Positions 52,858-61,914 of a stretch of DNA of 64,000 bases are shown here, piece by piece. The notes under the pieces are model-generated. The model was not told where the DNA came from and did not search any database. It saw only the letters and a program-made list of their open reading frames with translations. How positions within the stretch are numbered: position 1 is the first letter of the stretch; each line of letters starts with the position of its first letter. The position numbers were made by a program, and so were the translations under genes. Source of the stretch: Bacilli bacterium (GTDB lineage Bacteria > Bacillota_I > Bacilli_A > RF39 > UBA660); the NCBI GenBank assembly GCA_017442305.1, contig JAFRZY010000001.1, positions 2,632-66,631 on the forward strand, given 5' to 3'.

Positions 52858-54981
52858 ATGTATAGACCAAATAATAAATTTAAAAATAATAGTGCTTATC
52901 GCAATAATTTAGATGCATTAGAAGAGAGGAAAAATTATAGAAGAAATCAATTAATGCAACAACAATATTATGAACAAGCCGATGATGAAGAAGATGAAAA
53001 TATTGAGAATGAAGATGTTAATAATACACAAGATTTAGAAAATACTGAGAAACCAGTTAATGGGTCTTCTAAACCGCAAAATAGTTCTATACAACCTAAA
53101 CGAAATAGTATTGGGAATCGCGGCTTAAAACTTCCCGGTTTAAAAAGTAGGAAACCTACACAAGCCATTGCTAAAGGCGTAAAAAATATAAAAGGGATTG
53201 GTGTTTTTCTAGGAAAATACAAGATTGTTATCTTAATTGGTGCAATTTTCATATTTATGTTTTTTTTGTTAATTTTAATGTCATTAGATATGTTTGGTGA
53301 TTCAAGTGACACTTCTGGTGTAGGAGGTAAGAATCAAGGGTATTTTGATTTAGCGTGTAACTTTAATAAAACTGTTGTAAATTATAAAGATGAAAATAGT
53401 AATCATGAAAATATAAGTTTAGAAGATTTTATTATAGGAACTACATATGCTTATGTTCAAGATAAGAGCTATTCAGATACTGTTTTAAAATCTTTAATTA
53501 TAATTTTAAAAACCAACGCATTAAGTCAGGGAAATTATAGTAATTTACTTCAAAAATTAACATTAGATAATTTTGAAAAAGGTTATATATCGCAAGATAA
53601 TATGACTAATCAATCACTAAAAAATCAGATTACTAATATATATAATTCTACAGCTGATGAAATATATGTTTCGGAGTCATATAAAGGTACAATTAAAAGT
53701 TTAAATTCATCTGATATTTTGAATTTATCTGATGAGGTTATCCAAAAAATCGTAAACCTTGCATCAAACAAGAATTATGAGCAAATATTAAATGAATTAT
53801 ATAATTCCAATGCTGAAAACAAAAAGTTATATAAAATAGCAGATAATTGTACATATTATTCATTAACTGAAAATGATGCTTTTTGGTGGCCAATTGGTGG
53901 CGGTGTCGATACTGGTGATAATATTTATAGTGGTCAGCCTACAGCTACTTATATTTCTTCAAATTATGGTTTAAGAGTAATTGATGGAAAAAGATCATAT
54001 CATCAAGGGATAGATATAGCTGCTTCTTGTCAAAGTAATGTTGTTATAGCGGTTAAAGCCGGAAAAGTAAAAAAAAGCTATAATGGGTGTGATAATAATG
54101 GTTATTATCAGAGTAAATGTGGTGGAGGTTACGGAAATTACATTTATATTGAGCATGAAGATGGGACAATGAGTCGTTATGCTCATTTGTATCCAGATTC
54201 TATAACCTTAAAAAGTGGTGATACAGTCAAACAAGGTGAAAAAATAGGTTTGATGGGTAATTCTGGTTCATCTACTGGTTGTCATTTGCATTTTGAAATT
54301 TTAATTAATGGTTCTAATGTGGATCCTTTAAATCATGTAAGTGCAACTAATCCAAGACCACAAAGTCATCAAAGTTCTTTAATAGTTAATGATAACGTGG
54401 CCAATGCTGAAGAAACCAAAAGAGAGATATGTAGATCTTTAAAAAATGGTGGCTATTCTGATGATGCAGTAGCAGGAATGTTAGTAAATATTGAGGCCGA
54501 AGGAAGCTTTAAATTAAATAATCTTGAGGGTTGTTATGAGAAAGATAATTGTTGTTATGATGGTACATATGGTTATTGTAAACATCCTGAAATAGGTGAT
54601 TTTGGTTCTGATGAAGCTTATACTAATGGTGTTGATTCTGGGGCTTATCCTAAATCCAAATTTGTTAATGATAGAGCGGGGTATGGGTTAATTCAATGGA
54701 CATCATCAGGAAGAAAATCTAATTTATATGACACTGCAAAAAAAGTTGATAAATCTATAGCGTCTTTAAGTGTTCAGTTAGGATATTTACTAACGGAAAT
54801 AAAGAGTGGTGCTTATTCTATAACTAATAAATATGTTACGGGTAATTATTCAGCTTATGAAATAGCAAACAATTTTTGTTTAGATTTTGAAAGACCAAAA
54901 GATAAAGAAAATACTTGTCCTACAAGGGCTTCAAATAGGGCTTCTGTTATGTTGGACTATGTACAAAATAATTGTAGTTAG
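52858..54981 (+). CDS. Multidomain cell-wall hydrolase (SpoIID-like region + M23 peptidase + phage-tail-lysozyme-like domain)
   Basis: Start trimmed to ATG 52858. TM at ~aa 120. ISLEDFIIGTTYAYV...LKSLIIILKTNAL (SpoIID-like). M23 motifs HQGIDIA and GNSGSSTGCHLHFEI. C-terminal GMLVNIEAEGSF...GYGLIQWTSSGR. Confidence 0.75.
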   Translation: MYRPNNKFKNNSAYRNNLDALEERKNYRRNQLMQQQYYEQADDEEDENIENEDVNNTQDLENTEKPVNGSSKPQNSSIQPKRNSIGNRGLKLPGLKSRKPTQAIAKGVKNIKGIGVFLGKYKIVILIGAIFIFMFFLLILMSLDMFGDSSDTSGVGGKNQGYFDLACNFNKTVVNYKDENSNHENISLEDFIIGTTYAYVQDKSYSDTVLKSLIIILKTNALSQGNYSNLLQKLTLDNFEKGYISQDNMTNQSLKNQITNIYNSTADEIYVSESYKGTIKSLNSSDILNLSDEVIQKIVNLASNKNYEQILNELYNSNAENKKLYKIADNCTYYSLTENDAFWWPIGGGVDTGDNIYSGQPTATYISSNYGLRVIDGKRSYHQGIDIAASCQSNVVIAVKAGKVKKSYNGCDNNGYYQSKCGGGYGNYIYIEHEDGTMSRYAHLYPDSITLKSGDTVKQGEKIGLMGNSGSSTGCHLHFEILINGSNVDPLNHVSATNPRPQSHQSSLIVNDNVANAEETKREICRSLKNGGYSDDAVAGMLVNIEAEGSFKLNNLEGCYEKDNCCYDGTYGYCKHPEIGDFGSDEAYTNGVDSGAYPKSKFVNDRAGYGLIQWTSSGRKSNLYDTAKKVDKSIASLSVQLGYLLTEIKSGAYSITNKYVTGNYSAYEIANNFCLDFERPKDKENTCPTRASNRASVMLDYVQNNCS

Positions 54982-54990
54982 GAGAATTTT

Positions 54991-55758
54991 ATGCAAAAAA
55001 ACAAAAAAATAATTTTAGGGATATTACTATTAATATTTTTTCTTATAGTTGTTATAGCTGTAGTTTTAGGAAATAAAACTGGTAATAATGAAAATCCTAA
55101 TACTGGGATTGAAACAGAAGAAAAAGATAGAATGGAATTAGTAGATGATTATGAAGAATTTTTTTCTGTTCAAGCTACTATAAACGATATTGATAACGTT
55201 GAAATGGACTCATCTTATGTTGCAAAAGAAATTTATATACATTCTATTTCTAAAACTAGATATTATTTTATAAGGTGTATCAAAATGTCTGAATTTGATG
55301 ATTCAACTGATGTTTATTTATTATTAATTGTGGATGGTAAAAATAATTCTTATGAGTTAGAAGAAATAAAAGAACATATTGATGATTTACAAAAGTATGC
55401 TGCAGATTATAATGTTGTTATTAAAAATATAAATTCTTCAAATATATTACTAAGTGGTAGTAGTGAACCGAAAAATGTTTTAACAAGTTATTTAGAATTT
55501 TTTAAAAAATTATTAATTAAAGATTCATATGCTGCTTATAATATGCTACACACTGATACAAAAAGTAAATATATTGATTACAATGATTTTGATGCGAATG
55601 TAGTAAATATTTATCAAAAGCTATCATCTGGTATTTTTTCATATAGCGTTAAAGATAGCAATGATAGTGAAATAAAGACTTATTATTTCGAAGATGATAA
55701 TCGTAACAAAATTGTAATTTATGAAGAAAGTATAATGAATTTTAAAATTTCTTTTTAA
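54991..55758 (+). CDS. Bitopic protein in VirB8/TcpC position
   Basis: 255 aa. One N-terminal TM, then a ~220-aa extracytoplasmic alpha/beta region. Assignment is by position and topology only. Confidence 0.3.
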   Translation: MQKNKKIILGILLLIFFLIVVIAVVLGNKTGNNENPNTGIETEEKDRMELVDDYEEFFSVQATINDIDNVEMDSSYVAKEIYIHSISKTRYYFIRCIKMSEFDDSTDVYLLLIVDGKNNSYELEEIKEHIDDLQKYAADYNVVIKNINSSNILLSGSSEPKNVLTSYLEFFKKLLIKDSYAAYNMLHTDTKSKYIDYNDFDANVVNIYQKLSSGIFSYSVKDSNDSEIKTYYFEDDNRNKIVIYEESIMNFKISF

Positions 55759-55846
55759 TCTACAAATCAATTAAAGTAAAGATAATACTCTTTGCTTTTC
55801 TTTATATTTTATAGTATAATATTTTTGTTAAACTGGAGGAATCAAA

Positions 55847-58099
55847 ATGAAATTTAAGGTTGAACCAAAAGATTTTTTCTTATTTTGTTTGTATTGTATT
55901 TTATTGTTATATTTATGTTGTATTGCAGTCTTAAATTTTGCATCATTATCAAATGATGGTACATTTTATGGTTTGATTCCATTCAAGGCTTTTACTATGC
56001 CTTATTTACCAGTAACTTTGGGAATGTTTTTTGTCGCGTTAATAATAATTTTTACTAGTGTTTCTTCTTATATTTTTAATAAAGAAAAAGGTTCAGGTAT
56101 GGGACTTTCTTTTGGCGGAAAAAAAGAAAGTGGATACTCTAGATGGGCAAAAGATAAAGAAATAAAAAATGGTACAGATGTGGTAAAAGTAAATATTAGT
56201 GATCCAGTAGCTAAAGCGGCTGGTATACCACTTATTAATAATGGTAAAGAAGTATGGGTGGATAATGGTGAATACCATAGTTTAGTAATAGGTTCTACTG
56301 GTTCAGGTAAATCTCAAACAGTTGTTAATCCATTAGTAAATTTACTTGCCAAAAAGGGCGAAAGTATGATTATTACTGACCCTAAAGGTGAGTTATATAG
56401 ATATTGTAGTGGAGCACTAAAAAAACGTGGTTATAAAATAGTATTACTTAATTTTCGTGAGCCATTAAATGGCAATGCATGGAATCCTCTTAATTTACCT
56501 TATCAATATTATAAAAAAGGTAATACAGACAAAGCAACTGAATTATTAGATGACGTTGCACTAAATATTTTATATGATCCAAGTAGTGGTAAAGATTCTG
56601 ACTTCTGGGAAAAAAGTGCTGCTGACTATTTTTCAGGTTTAGCATTAGGTTTATTCATGGATGCTCAAGAAAAAGAAGTTAATTTAAATAGTATTAATTT
56701 AATGAGTACTGTTGGTGAAGAAAGATACGCTACTAGTAATTATGTTAAAGAATACTTTGGTTTAAAAGGAGAGCAATCTAACGCTTATGTATTTGCATCT
56801 AATACTATAAACGCTCCAGCAGAAACTAAGGGTGGTATATTATCAACATTTAGACAAAAGATAAGATTATTTTCATCTCGTGAAGAATTAAGCGAAATGT
56901 TATCATATAGTGATTTTGATATGAGAGCGGTAGGTAAGGAAAAGACTGCTGTATTCTTGATAATTCATGATGAAAAGAAAACATATCATAGTTTACTTAC
57001 AATTTTTATTAAGCAAATATATGAAACATTAATTGATGTAGCCCAAGAAAACGGTGGTAAGTTACAATATCGTACAAACTTTATTTTAGATGAGTTTGCT
57101 AATATGCCACCTCTTAAAGATGTTGATTCAATGGTATCGGCAGCTCGTAGCCGTGATATTAGATTTACTTTTATCATTCAAAACTTTGCGCAATTAAATG
57201 ATGTATATGGCAAAGAGGTTGCAGAAATTATTAAAGGTAACTGTGGTAATATAATTTACTTAATTAGTACCGAAATTGCGGCATTAGAAGAAATTAGTAA
57301 GATGTGTGGAGAGGTTAAATCAAGCGAAAAAGATAAAACGGCATCAACACCATTAGTTACCGTTACAGATTTACAAAAAATGAAATTGTTTGAAGTTATT
57401 ATTAAAAGGCTTAGAACGGATCCTTTTAAAACACAATTTGTTCCAGATTTTAAAATAGACTGGGGACTTGAAAAAGCACCTGCAGAGTTTCCAAAAAGAG
57501 AAAGACAAGAAATTCAACTTTTCGATTTAAAACAATATGTTACAGAAGAAAAGAAGAAAAGAATGATGGAAAATTTTGAAAAAAACAAAGATAATAATAT
57601 TGGATTAAATCCTGGTATGCCAAATCCATTTGGTATGGGAGGTGGAATGAATTCTCCATTCGGAGGTCCTTCACCATTTGGAGGAAATAATCCATTTGAA
57701 AATCAAGTACCAAATCCGTTTAATTCTGGGCCGATGCCAAATCCACTTGGTGGTAGTCCATTAAATAATATGGATATCGATGCCATGATGAAGGATATTG
57801 ACCGTAAGTTAAAAGAATTAGATGAAGAAGAAGCTAAACAAAAAGAATTGTTAGAGAAGAATAATGTAGATAAAGAAAACAAACAAGTTAATAAAGTTTT
57901 TGATATTTTTGCAGAAGATAATGTAGTATCGCCTGAAGCAAAAATAGAAGAACCAATAAAAGAAGAAGTTAAAGAAAATATATCTGTTAAACAAAGTGAT
58001 AGTAAACCAATAATTAATATTGATGCTGATAGTATTATTGTAAATGAAAATGTAATTACAGATGATGAATTTTTTGACGATTTCTTTGGAGATGAATAA
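55847..58099 (+). CDS. virD4: VirD4/TraG-family type IV coupling protein
   Basis: 750 aa. Two N-terminal TMs. Walker A VIGSTGSGKSQ, Walker B FILDEFANMP, FTFIIQNFAQL. NPF/PFG-repeat and acidic C-terminal tail. Confidence 0.85.
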   Translation: MKFKVEPKDFFLFCLYCILLLYLCCIAVLNFASLSNDGTFYGLIPFKAFTMPYLPVTLGMFFVALIIIFTSVSSYIFNKEKGSGMGLSFGGKKESGYSRWAKDKEIKNGTDVVKVNISDPVAKAAGIPLINNGKEVWVDNGEYHSLVIGSTGSGKSQTVVNPLVNLLAKKGESMIITDPKGELYRYCSGALKKRGYKIVLLNFREPLNGNAWNPLNLPYQYYKKGNTDKATELLDDVALNILYDPSSGKDSDFWEKSAADYFSGLALGLFMDAQEKEVNLNSINLMSTVGEERYATSNYVKEYFGLKGEQSNAYVFASNTINAPAETKGGILSTFRQKIRLFSSREELSEMLSYSDFDMRAVGKEKTAVFLIIHDEKKTYHSLLTIFIKQIYETLIDVAQENGGKLQYRTNFILDEFANMPPLKDVDSMVSAARSRDIRFTFIIQNFAQLNDVYGKEVAEIIKGNCGNIIYLISTEIAALEEISKMCGEVKSSEKDKTASTPLVTVTDLQKMKLFEVIIKRLRTDPFKTQFVPDFKIDWGLEKAPAEFPKRERQEIQLFDLKQYVTEEKKKRMMENFEKNKDNNIGLNPGMPNPFGMGGGMNSPFGGPSPFGGNNPFENQVPNPFNSGPMPNPLGGSPLNNMDIDAMMKDIDRKLKELDEEEAKQKELLEKNNVDKENKQVNKVFDIFAEDNVVSPEAKIEEPIKEEVKENISVKQSDSKPIINIDADSIIVNENVITDDEFFDDFFGDE

Positions 58100-58129
58100 A
58101 AACAAGAAATATATTATTTCTTGTTTTTT
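58098..58129 (+). terminator. Rho-independent terminator
   Basis: AACAAGAAAT (58101..58110) / ATTTCTTGTT (58116..58125) plus a T-run. Confidence 0.7.
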
Positions 58130-58186
58130 AATGGTTTTTAATTACCCAACAATTCTTTTTATTCATATTATATAGTGGTGTTATAT

Positions 58187-58444
58187 ATGAAAAGAATAAA
58201 AATAACTGATTATAAGGGAAATATGGGAAAATTAATTGATGTACAAGATGCAACTTCTTATCTTGAAGAGCATCACCCCTTAAGTGTAAATATCTATTAT
58301 GATACACTTTTACTACACCATAGTGATTTGCTTAATAAAAATGATAAATATTATATTATTTGTCGTAAAGGTCATAAGAGTAAAAAAGCTGTAAGTATAT
58401 TAGAATTTTATGGTTATGATGTAACTCAAGTATATTATGAGTGA
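58187..58444 (+). CDS. Single-domain rhodanese-like protein
   Basis: Start trimmed to ATG 58187. Active-site loop CRKGHKS in a ~85-aa protein. Confidence 0.65.
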   Translation: MKRIKITDYKGNMGKLIDVQDATSYLEEHHPLSVNIYYDTLLLHHSDLLNKNDKYYIICRKGHKSKKAVSILEFYGYDVTQVYYE

Positions 58445-58495
58445 AAAATATTAGATTTTGTATTATAATATTACTTAGGTAAAGTAGGTGTAATA

Positions 58496-59581
58496 ATGGA
58501 TTATGTAATAATTGGATTATTAATATTAGTTGTAATTATACTTATTATTATTTTATGTAAAAATAATGGTAGTAATGTAATGTTGGAACGAATGGGAAGA
58601 TTAGAAACTGATTTAACTAAAGAAATAGGTGAGTTTAAAGTAGGCTTTTCTAATGATCTACGAAATGATTTTGATAAATTAAATGAAAAAATTGATACGA
58701 GATTAAATCTGATTAATGAACGAGTTAATGCAAGACTTGATCAAAATTTTGAAAAAACTAATAAAACATTTAGTAGTATTTTAGAAAGACTTTCTAAAAT
58801 TGATGAAGCCCAAAAGAAAATTGATGGCTTATCTACTGAAATAGTGTCTTTACAAAGCGTTTTAACTGATAAAAAAACTCGTGGTATCTTTGGCGAGGTA
58901 AATTTAAATTACATATTAAGTAATGTTTTTGGTGAAGAGAATAAAGGTATTTATGATATTCAACATAAGATGAGTAATGGTTTTATAGCAGACGCCCTTT
59001 TATACGCTCCTGCACCTTTAGGCACAATTGCAATTGATTCAAAATTCCCTTTAGAAAATTATCAAAGAATGACCGATAAATCTTTAAGTAAAGAAGAAAG
59101 AGTGCTTGCTGAAAAACAATTTAAATTAGATGTAAAAAAACATATTGATGCAATAAGTAGTAAATATATTATTCCTGGAGAAACTAGTAATGAAGCTATT
59201 ATGTTTTTACCAGCTGAAGCAATATTTGCAGAAATAAATGCCTATCATCCAGAACTACTCAAAGAAGCTTATAATAAAAAAGTATGGATTACTAGTCCAA
59301 CTACTTTAATGAGTACGTTATCTATTATAGGTATGATACTTAAAAATATGGAAAGAGATAAATACGCAAAAGTAATTCATGAAGAATTAAATAAATTAAG
59401 TTTTGAATTTGATAGATATAAAGATCGTTGGGATAAATTATCAAGAAATATTGATACGGTTAATAGAAGTGTCAAAGAACTTCATACAACCAGCGAAAAG
59501 ATATCTCGTAGATTTGAATCAATTAACAAAGTAGATATTGGTAATATAGATCATGAAACTATTGAATATATAGAAGAGTAG
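58496..59581 (+). CDS. rmuC: DNA recombination protein RmuC
   Basis: 361 aa. N-terminal TM, long coiled coil, C-terminal nuclease-like domain (AIDSKFPLE..., MFLPAEAIF, ITSPTTLM). Confidence 0.85.
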   Translation: MDYVIIGLLILVVIILIIILCKNNGSNVMLERMGRLETDLTKEIGEFKVGFSNDLRNDFDKLNEKIDTRLNLINERVNARLDQNFEKTNKTFSSILERLSKIDEAQKKIDGLSTEIVSLQSVLTDKKTRGIFGEVNLNYILSNVFGEENKGIYDIQHKMSNGFIADALLYAPAPLGTIAIDSKFPLENYQRMTDKSLSKEERVLAEKQFKLDVKKHIDAISSKYIIPGETSNEAIMFLPAEAIFAEINAYHPELLKEAYNKKVWITSPTTLMSTLSIIGMILKNMERDKYAKVIHEELNKLSFEFDRYKDRWDKLSRNIDTVNRSVKELHTTSEKISRRFESINKVDIGNIDHETIEYIEE

Positions 59582-59643
59582 TGTTTTATATGGAAATTTA
59601 TATAAAATAATGTTATACTAATTTTAATAGAGTGGTGATATAA

Positions 59644-60762
59644 ATGAAAAAATATATTATATTTTTTATAGGAATATTTATGTGTTTAATTCCTTTAAGA
59701 GTAAATGCAGAAGATAAATATTCAAAAGATGAAACATGGATAGAGTGTATTTATAATATTGGAACTGCAGCTACTTATAATTATTATTACAATTTAACGA
59801 ATAATACTTTTACACCAGTTGCTTCACCATTGGTTACACATTTAAATGTGGTTTCGAATTTGAAAAGTAGTGATTTTGTTGATAAAACCAATAATCAGTT
59901 GTATTGTCCAAATATATATGTTGCGGTATCATCTAATAGTGCTGGCGCAACTTATTCAGCTCGTGCTGAAAAGGAAGGAAATGCTCAATTATATAAGGTA
60001 ACAACGGAGAAAAAAAATATTGTTGCTAGTAACCAAAATAATTCAATAACGAAAAAACATTGTGTTTACGGAAATGTTTCTTTTACTTTGGATATGACTA
60101 ATAAAAAAGTATTAAGTGCGGAGATTCCGAATTATGTAATTTCTAGTTTTCAACACAGCTTTTCAGATATATATGATGAAAATAAAAAAGAATGTAAATG
60201 TGTTCAGATAAATTCCGTATGTACAGATCGAGGTGGTAGTTATTGTTCTATTTATAAGTCAGGAAAAGAAGTGTGTTATGAAGGGTATGTTGAGGAAGAA
60301 ACTCAAACTCCCAATACTTCAACATCAATAACTGAAAAAGAAAAAATTGACTTTAAATTTTGTGAAGAAGATGGAGTTTTAAAAACGTTCCAAATTGTTA
60401 GTTATCTAATAATGATTATAAAGATTTTAGTTCCATTGTTATTAATTATATTTGGATCTATTGATTTAGGAAAGGCAGTTATAGCTGGAGACGATAAAGC
60501 GATTCAAGCGGCTAGTAAGATGTTAGTGACTAGAGCAATAGGTGGAATAATAATCTTCTTTATTCCAACAATCATAAATTTTGCTGTTGGTTTGGTGGCA
60601 AGTTGGTCATCTGTTAAAAATGAATTTATTAATTGTCAGACTTGTTTAAATAGTGCTAGTGAATGTATAACAAAGAGAAAAGAAATTTGTTCTAAAGAAT
60701 ATACTGATAAAACTTGTACATGGGATGATCAATTAGGTTCATGTAATTGCGATGATAAATAA
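59644..60762 (+). CDS. Third paralog: secreted ectodomain + VirB2/Maff2-like hairpin + Cys-rich tail
   Basis: 372 aa. Signal peptide ...RVNA/EDK. Hairpin region 60388..60606 (IVSYLIMIIKILVPLLLIIFGSIDLGKAVIAGDDKAIQAASKMLVTRAIGGIIIFFIPTIINF) is closely similar to the 46151 protein. Confidence 0.5.
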   Translation: MKKYIIFFIGIFMCLIPLRVNAEDKYSKDETWIECIYNIGTAATYNYYYNLTNNTFTPVASPLVTHLNVVSNLKSSDFVDKTNNQLYCPNIYVAVSSNSAGATYSARAEKEGNAQLYKVTTEKKNIVASNQNNSITKKHCVYGNVSFTLDMTNKKVLSAEIPNYVISSFQHSFSDIYDENKKECKCVQINSVCTDRGGSYCSIYKSGKEVCYEGYVEEETQTPNTSTSITEKEKIDFKFCEEDGVLKTFQIVSYLIMIIKILVPLLLIIFGSIDLGKAVIAGDDKAIQAASKMLVTRAIGGIIIFFIPTIINFAVGLVASWSSVKNEFINCQTCLNSASECITKRKEICSKEYTDKTCTWDDQLGSCNCDDK

Positions 60763-60788
60763 AAAAACAGATTTTAATCTGTTTTTTA
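60761..60788. terminator. Bidirectional terminator
   Basis: A7 CAGAT TTTA ATCTG T6 between convergent genes. Confidence 0.65.
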
Positions 60789-60790
60789 TT

Positions 60791-61600
60791 TTATCTAAAA
60801 TATATAAATATAAATATTACTAATAACAAACAATATATCGAGAACTTCCATAATTTGCCTTTTTTAACCCATTCACTAAGCCATTTATATGAGAAGAATG
60901 TAACTATGCCAGCTGCTATCATTCCGATTGTATATGGCATTAAAAGTTTGTTTAAATTTCCTGCTTCTATTATATCAAATACTCCTAAAGTCATTGAGGC
61001 CATACTTACAGGGAAATATAACATAAATGTATATTTAAGAGCCGTTTCGCGACTTAATCCGCATATTAAACAACCTACTAGTACTGTACCGCTTCTACTA
61101 ATTCCAGGGAATATTGTAACGGCTTGTAGTAATCCAATAATGATGGCATCTTTGTAAGTTAAATCATCATCTTTTTTATTACCATTTAAATTTCTAACTA
61201 AGAATAAAGCAATTGCGGTTATTAAAAAAGCTATTCCTAATACTTTTGGAGAATTGTAATTATCAACTATATCTTTAAAAATAATTCCTGTAACACCTAC
61301 TGGGATAGTGCCAATGATAATTAATAAACAATATTTAAATTTGTTATATAATTTTTTTCTTGTTTCTTTTTTGAATATGTAACTAAAAAATGCTTTTATA
61401 AGTTCTATTATATCTTTCCAAAAAATAATTAATATTGCTATAAATGATCCAAAGTTTGAAATAATTAAAAAATTCGCATCATCAAAAATTCCTGTATTAA
61501 ATATTTGTTTAAATAATGTTAAGTGTCCACTACTGGAAATAGGGAGCGGTTCTGTAAATCCTTGTAATAATCCTAATATAATATAATAAATTAATTTCAT
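60791..61600 (-). CDS. uppP: Undecaprenyl-diphosphate phosphatase
   Basis: 269 aa polytopic protein. GFTEPLPISSSGHL and PGISRSG motifs. Confidence 0.9.
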   Translation of the reverse strand: MKLIYYIILGLLQGFTEPLPISSSGHLTLFKQIFNTGIFDDANFLIISNFGSFIAILIIFWKDIIELIKAFFSYIFKKETRKKLYNKFKYCLLIIIGTIPVGVTGIIFKDIVDNYNSPKVLGIAFLITAIALFLVRNLNGNKKDDDLTYKDAIIIGLLQAVTIFPGISRSGTVLVGCLICGLSRETALKYTFMLYFPVSMASMTLGVFDIIEAGNLNKLLMPYTIGMIAAGIVTFFSYKWLSEWVKKGKLWKFSIYCLLLVIFIFIYFR

Positions 61601-61671
61601 TTATAATCACCTATTAAATTATATAATAAATTTTAAATTTAATAAATAAAATATTGATAGGAGTTTTTTAA

Positions 61672-61914
61672 ATGTACAGAATAATATTATTTTTAATCGG
61701 TATACTACTTATGAGTGTGGGTTTATTTTTTTTAATAATTTATCTTAATTTATTTACTTTAGGGTATAGTTTTTTTGAATTTGTTAAATTTATTAGTGTA
61801 AGATTTGAGTGTTTAATTTTTTTGATAGGTTTTTTATTTTTAATTTTAGCATTAAGGAAGGAAAGATTAAATGGATTATTGTCACGATATTTTAATAAAC
61901 ATGGAAGAAGATAA
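61672..61914 (+). CDS. Small membrane protein
   Basis: 80 aa with 2-3 hydrophobic helices. Confidence 0.45.
   Translation: MYRIILFLIGILLMSVGLFFLIIYLNLFTLGYSFFEFVKFISVRFECLIFLIGFLFLILALRKERLNGLLSRYFNKHGRR

Larger units (their letters stand above)
46151..58099 (+). other. Gram-positive-type type IV secretion (conjugation-like) module
   Basis: Genes: VirB2/Maff2-like hairpin proteins, VirB6-like, VirB3-like, VirB4 (two ORFs), M23/lysozyme hydrolase, bitopic protein, VirD4. All on the same strand. Confidence 0.75.

Noticed and set aside
35488-60762. Considered calling the Tad/T4SS region an integrative conjugative element (mobile_element).
   Set aside because: No integrase, recombinase, relaxase, excisionase, tRNA target or flanking direct repeats are visible, and the neighbours are housekeeping genes. 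Mobility cannot be supported from this window.
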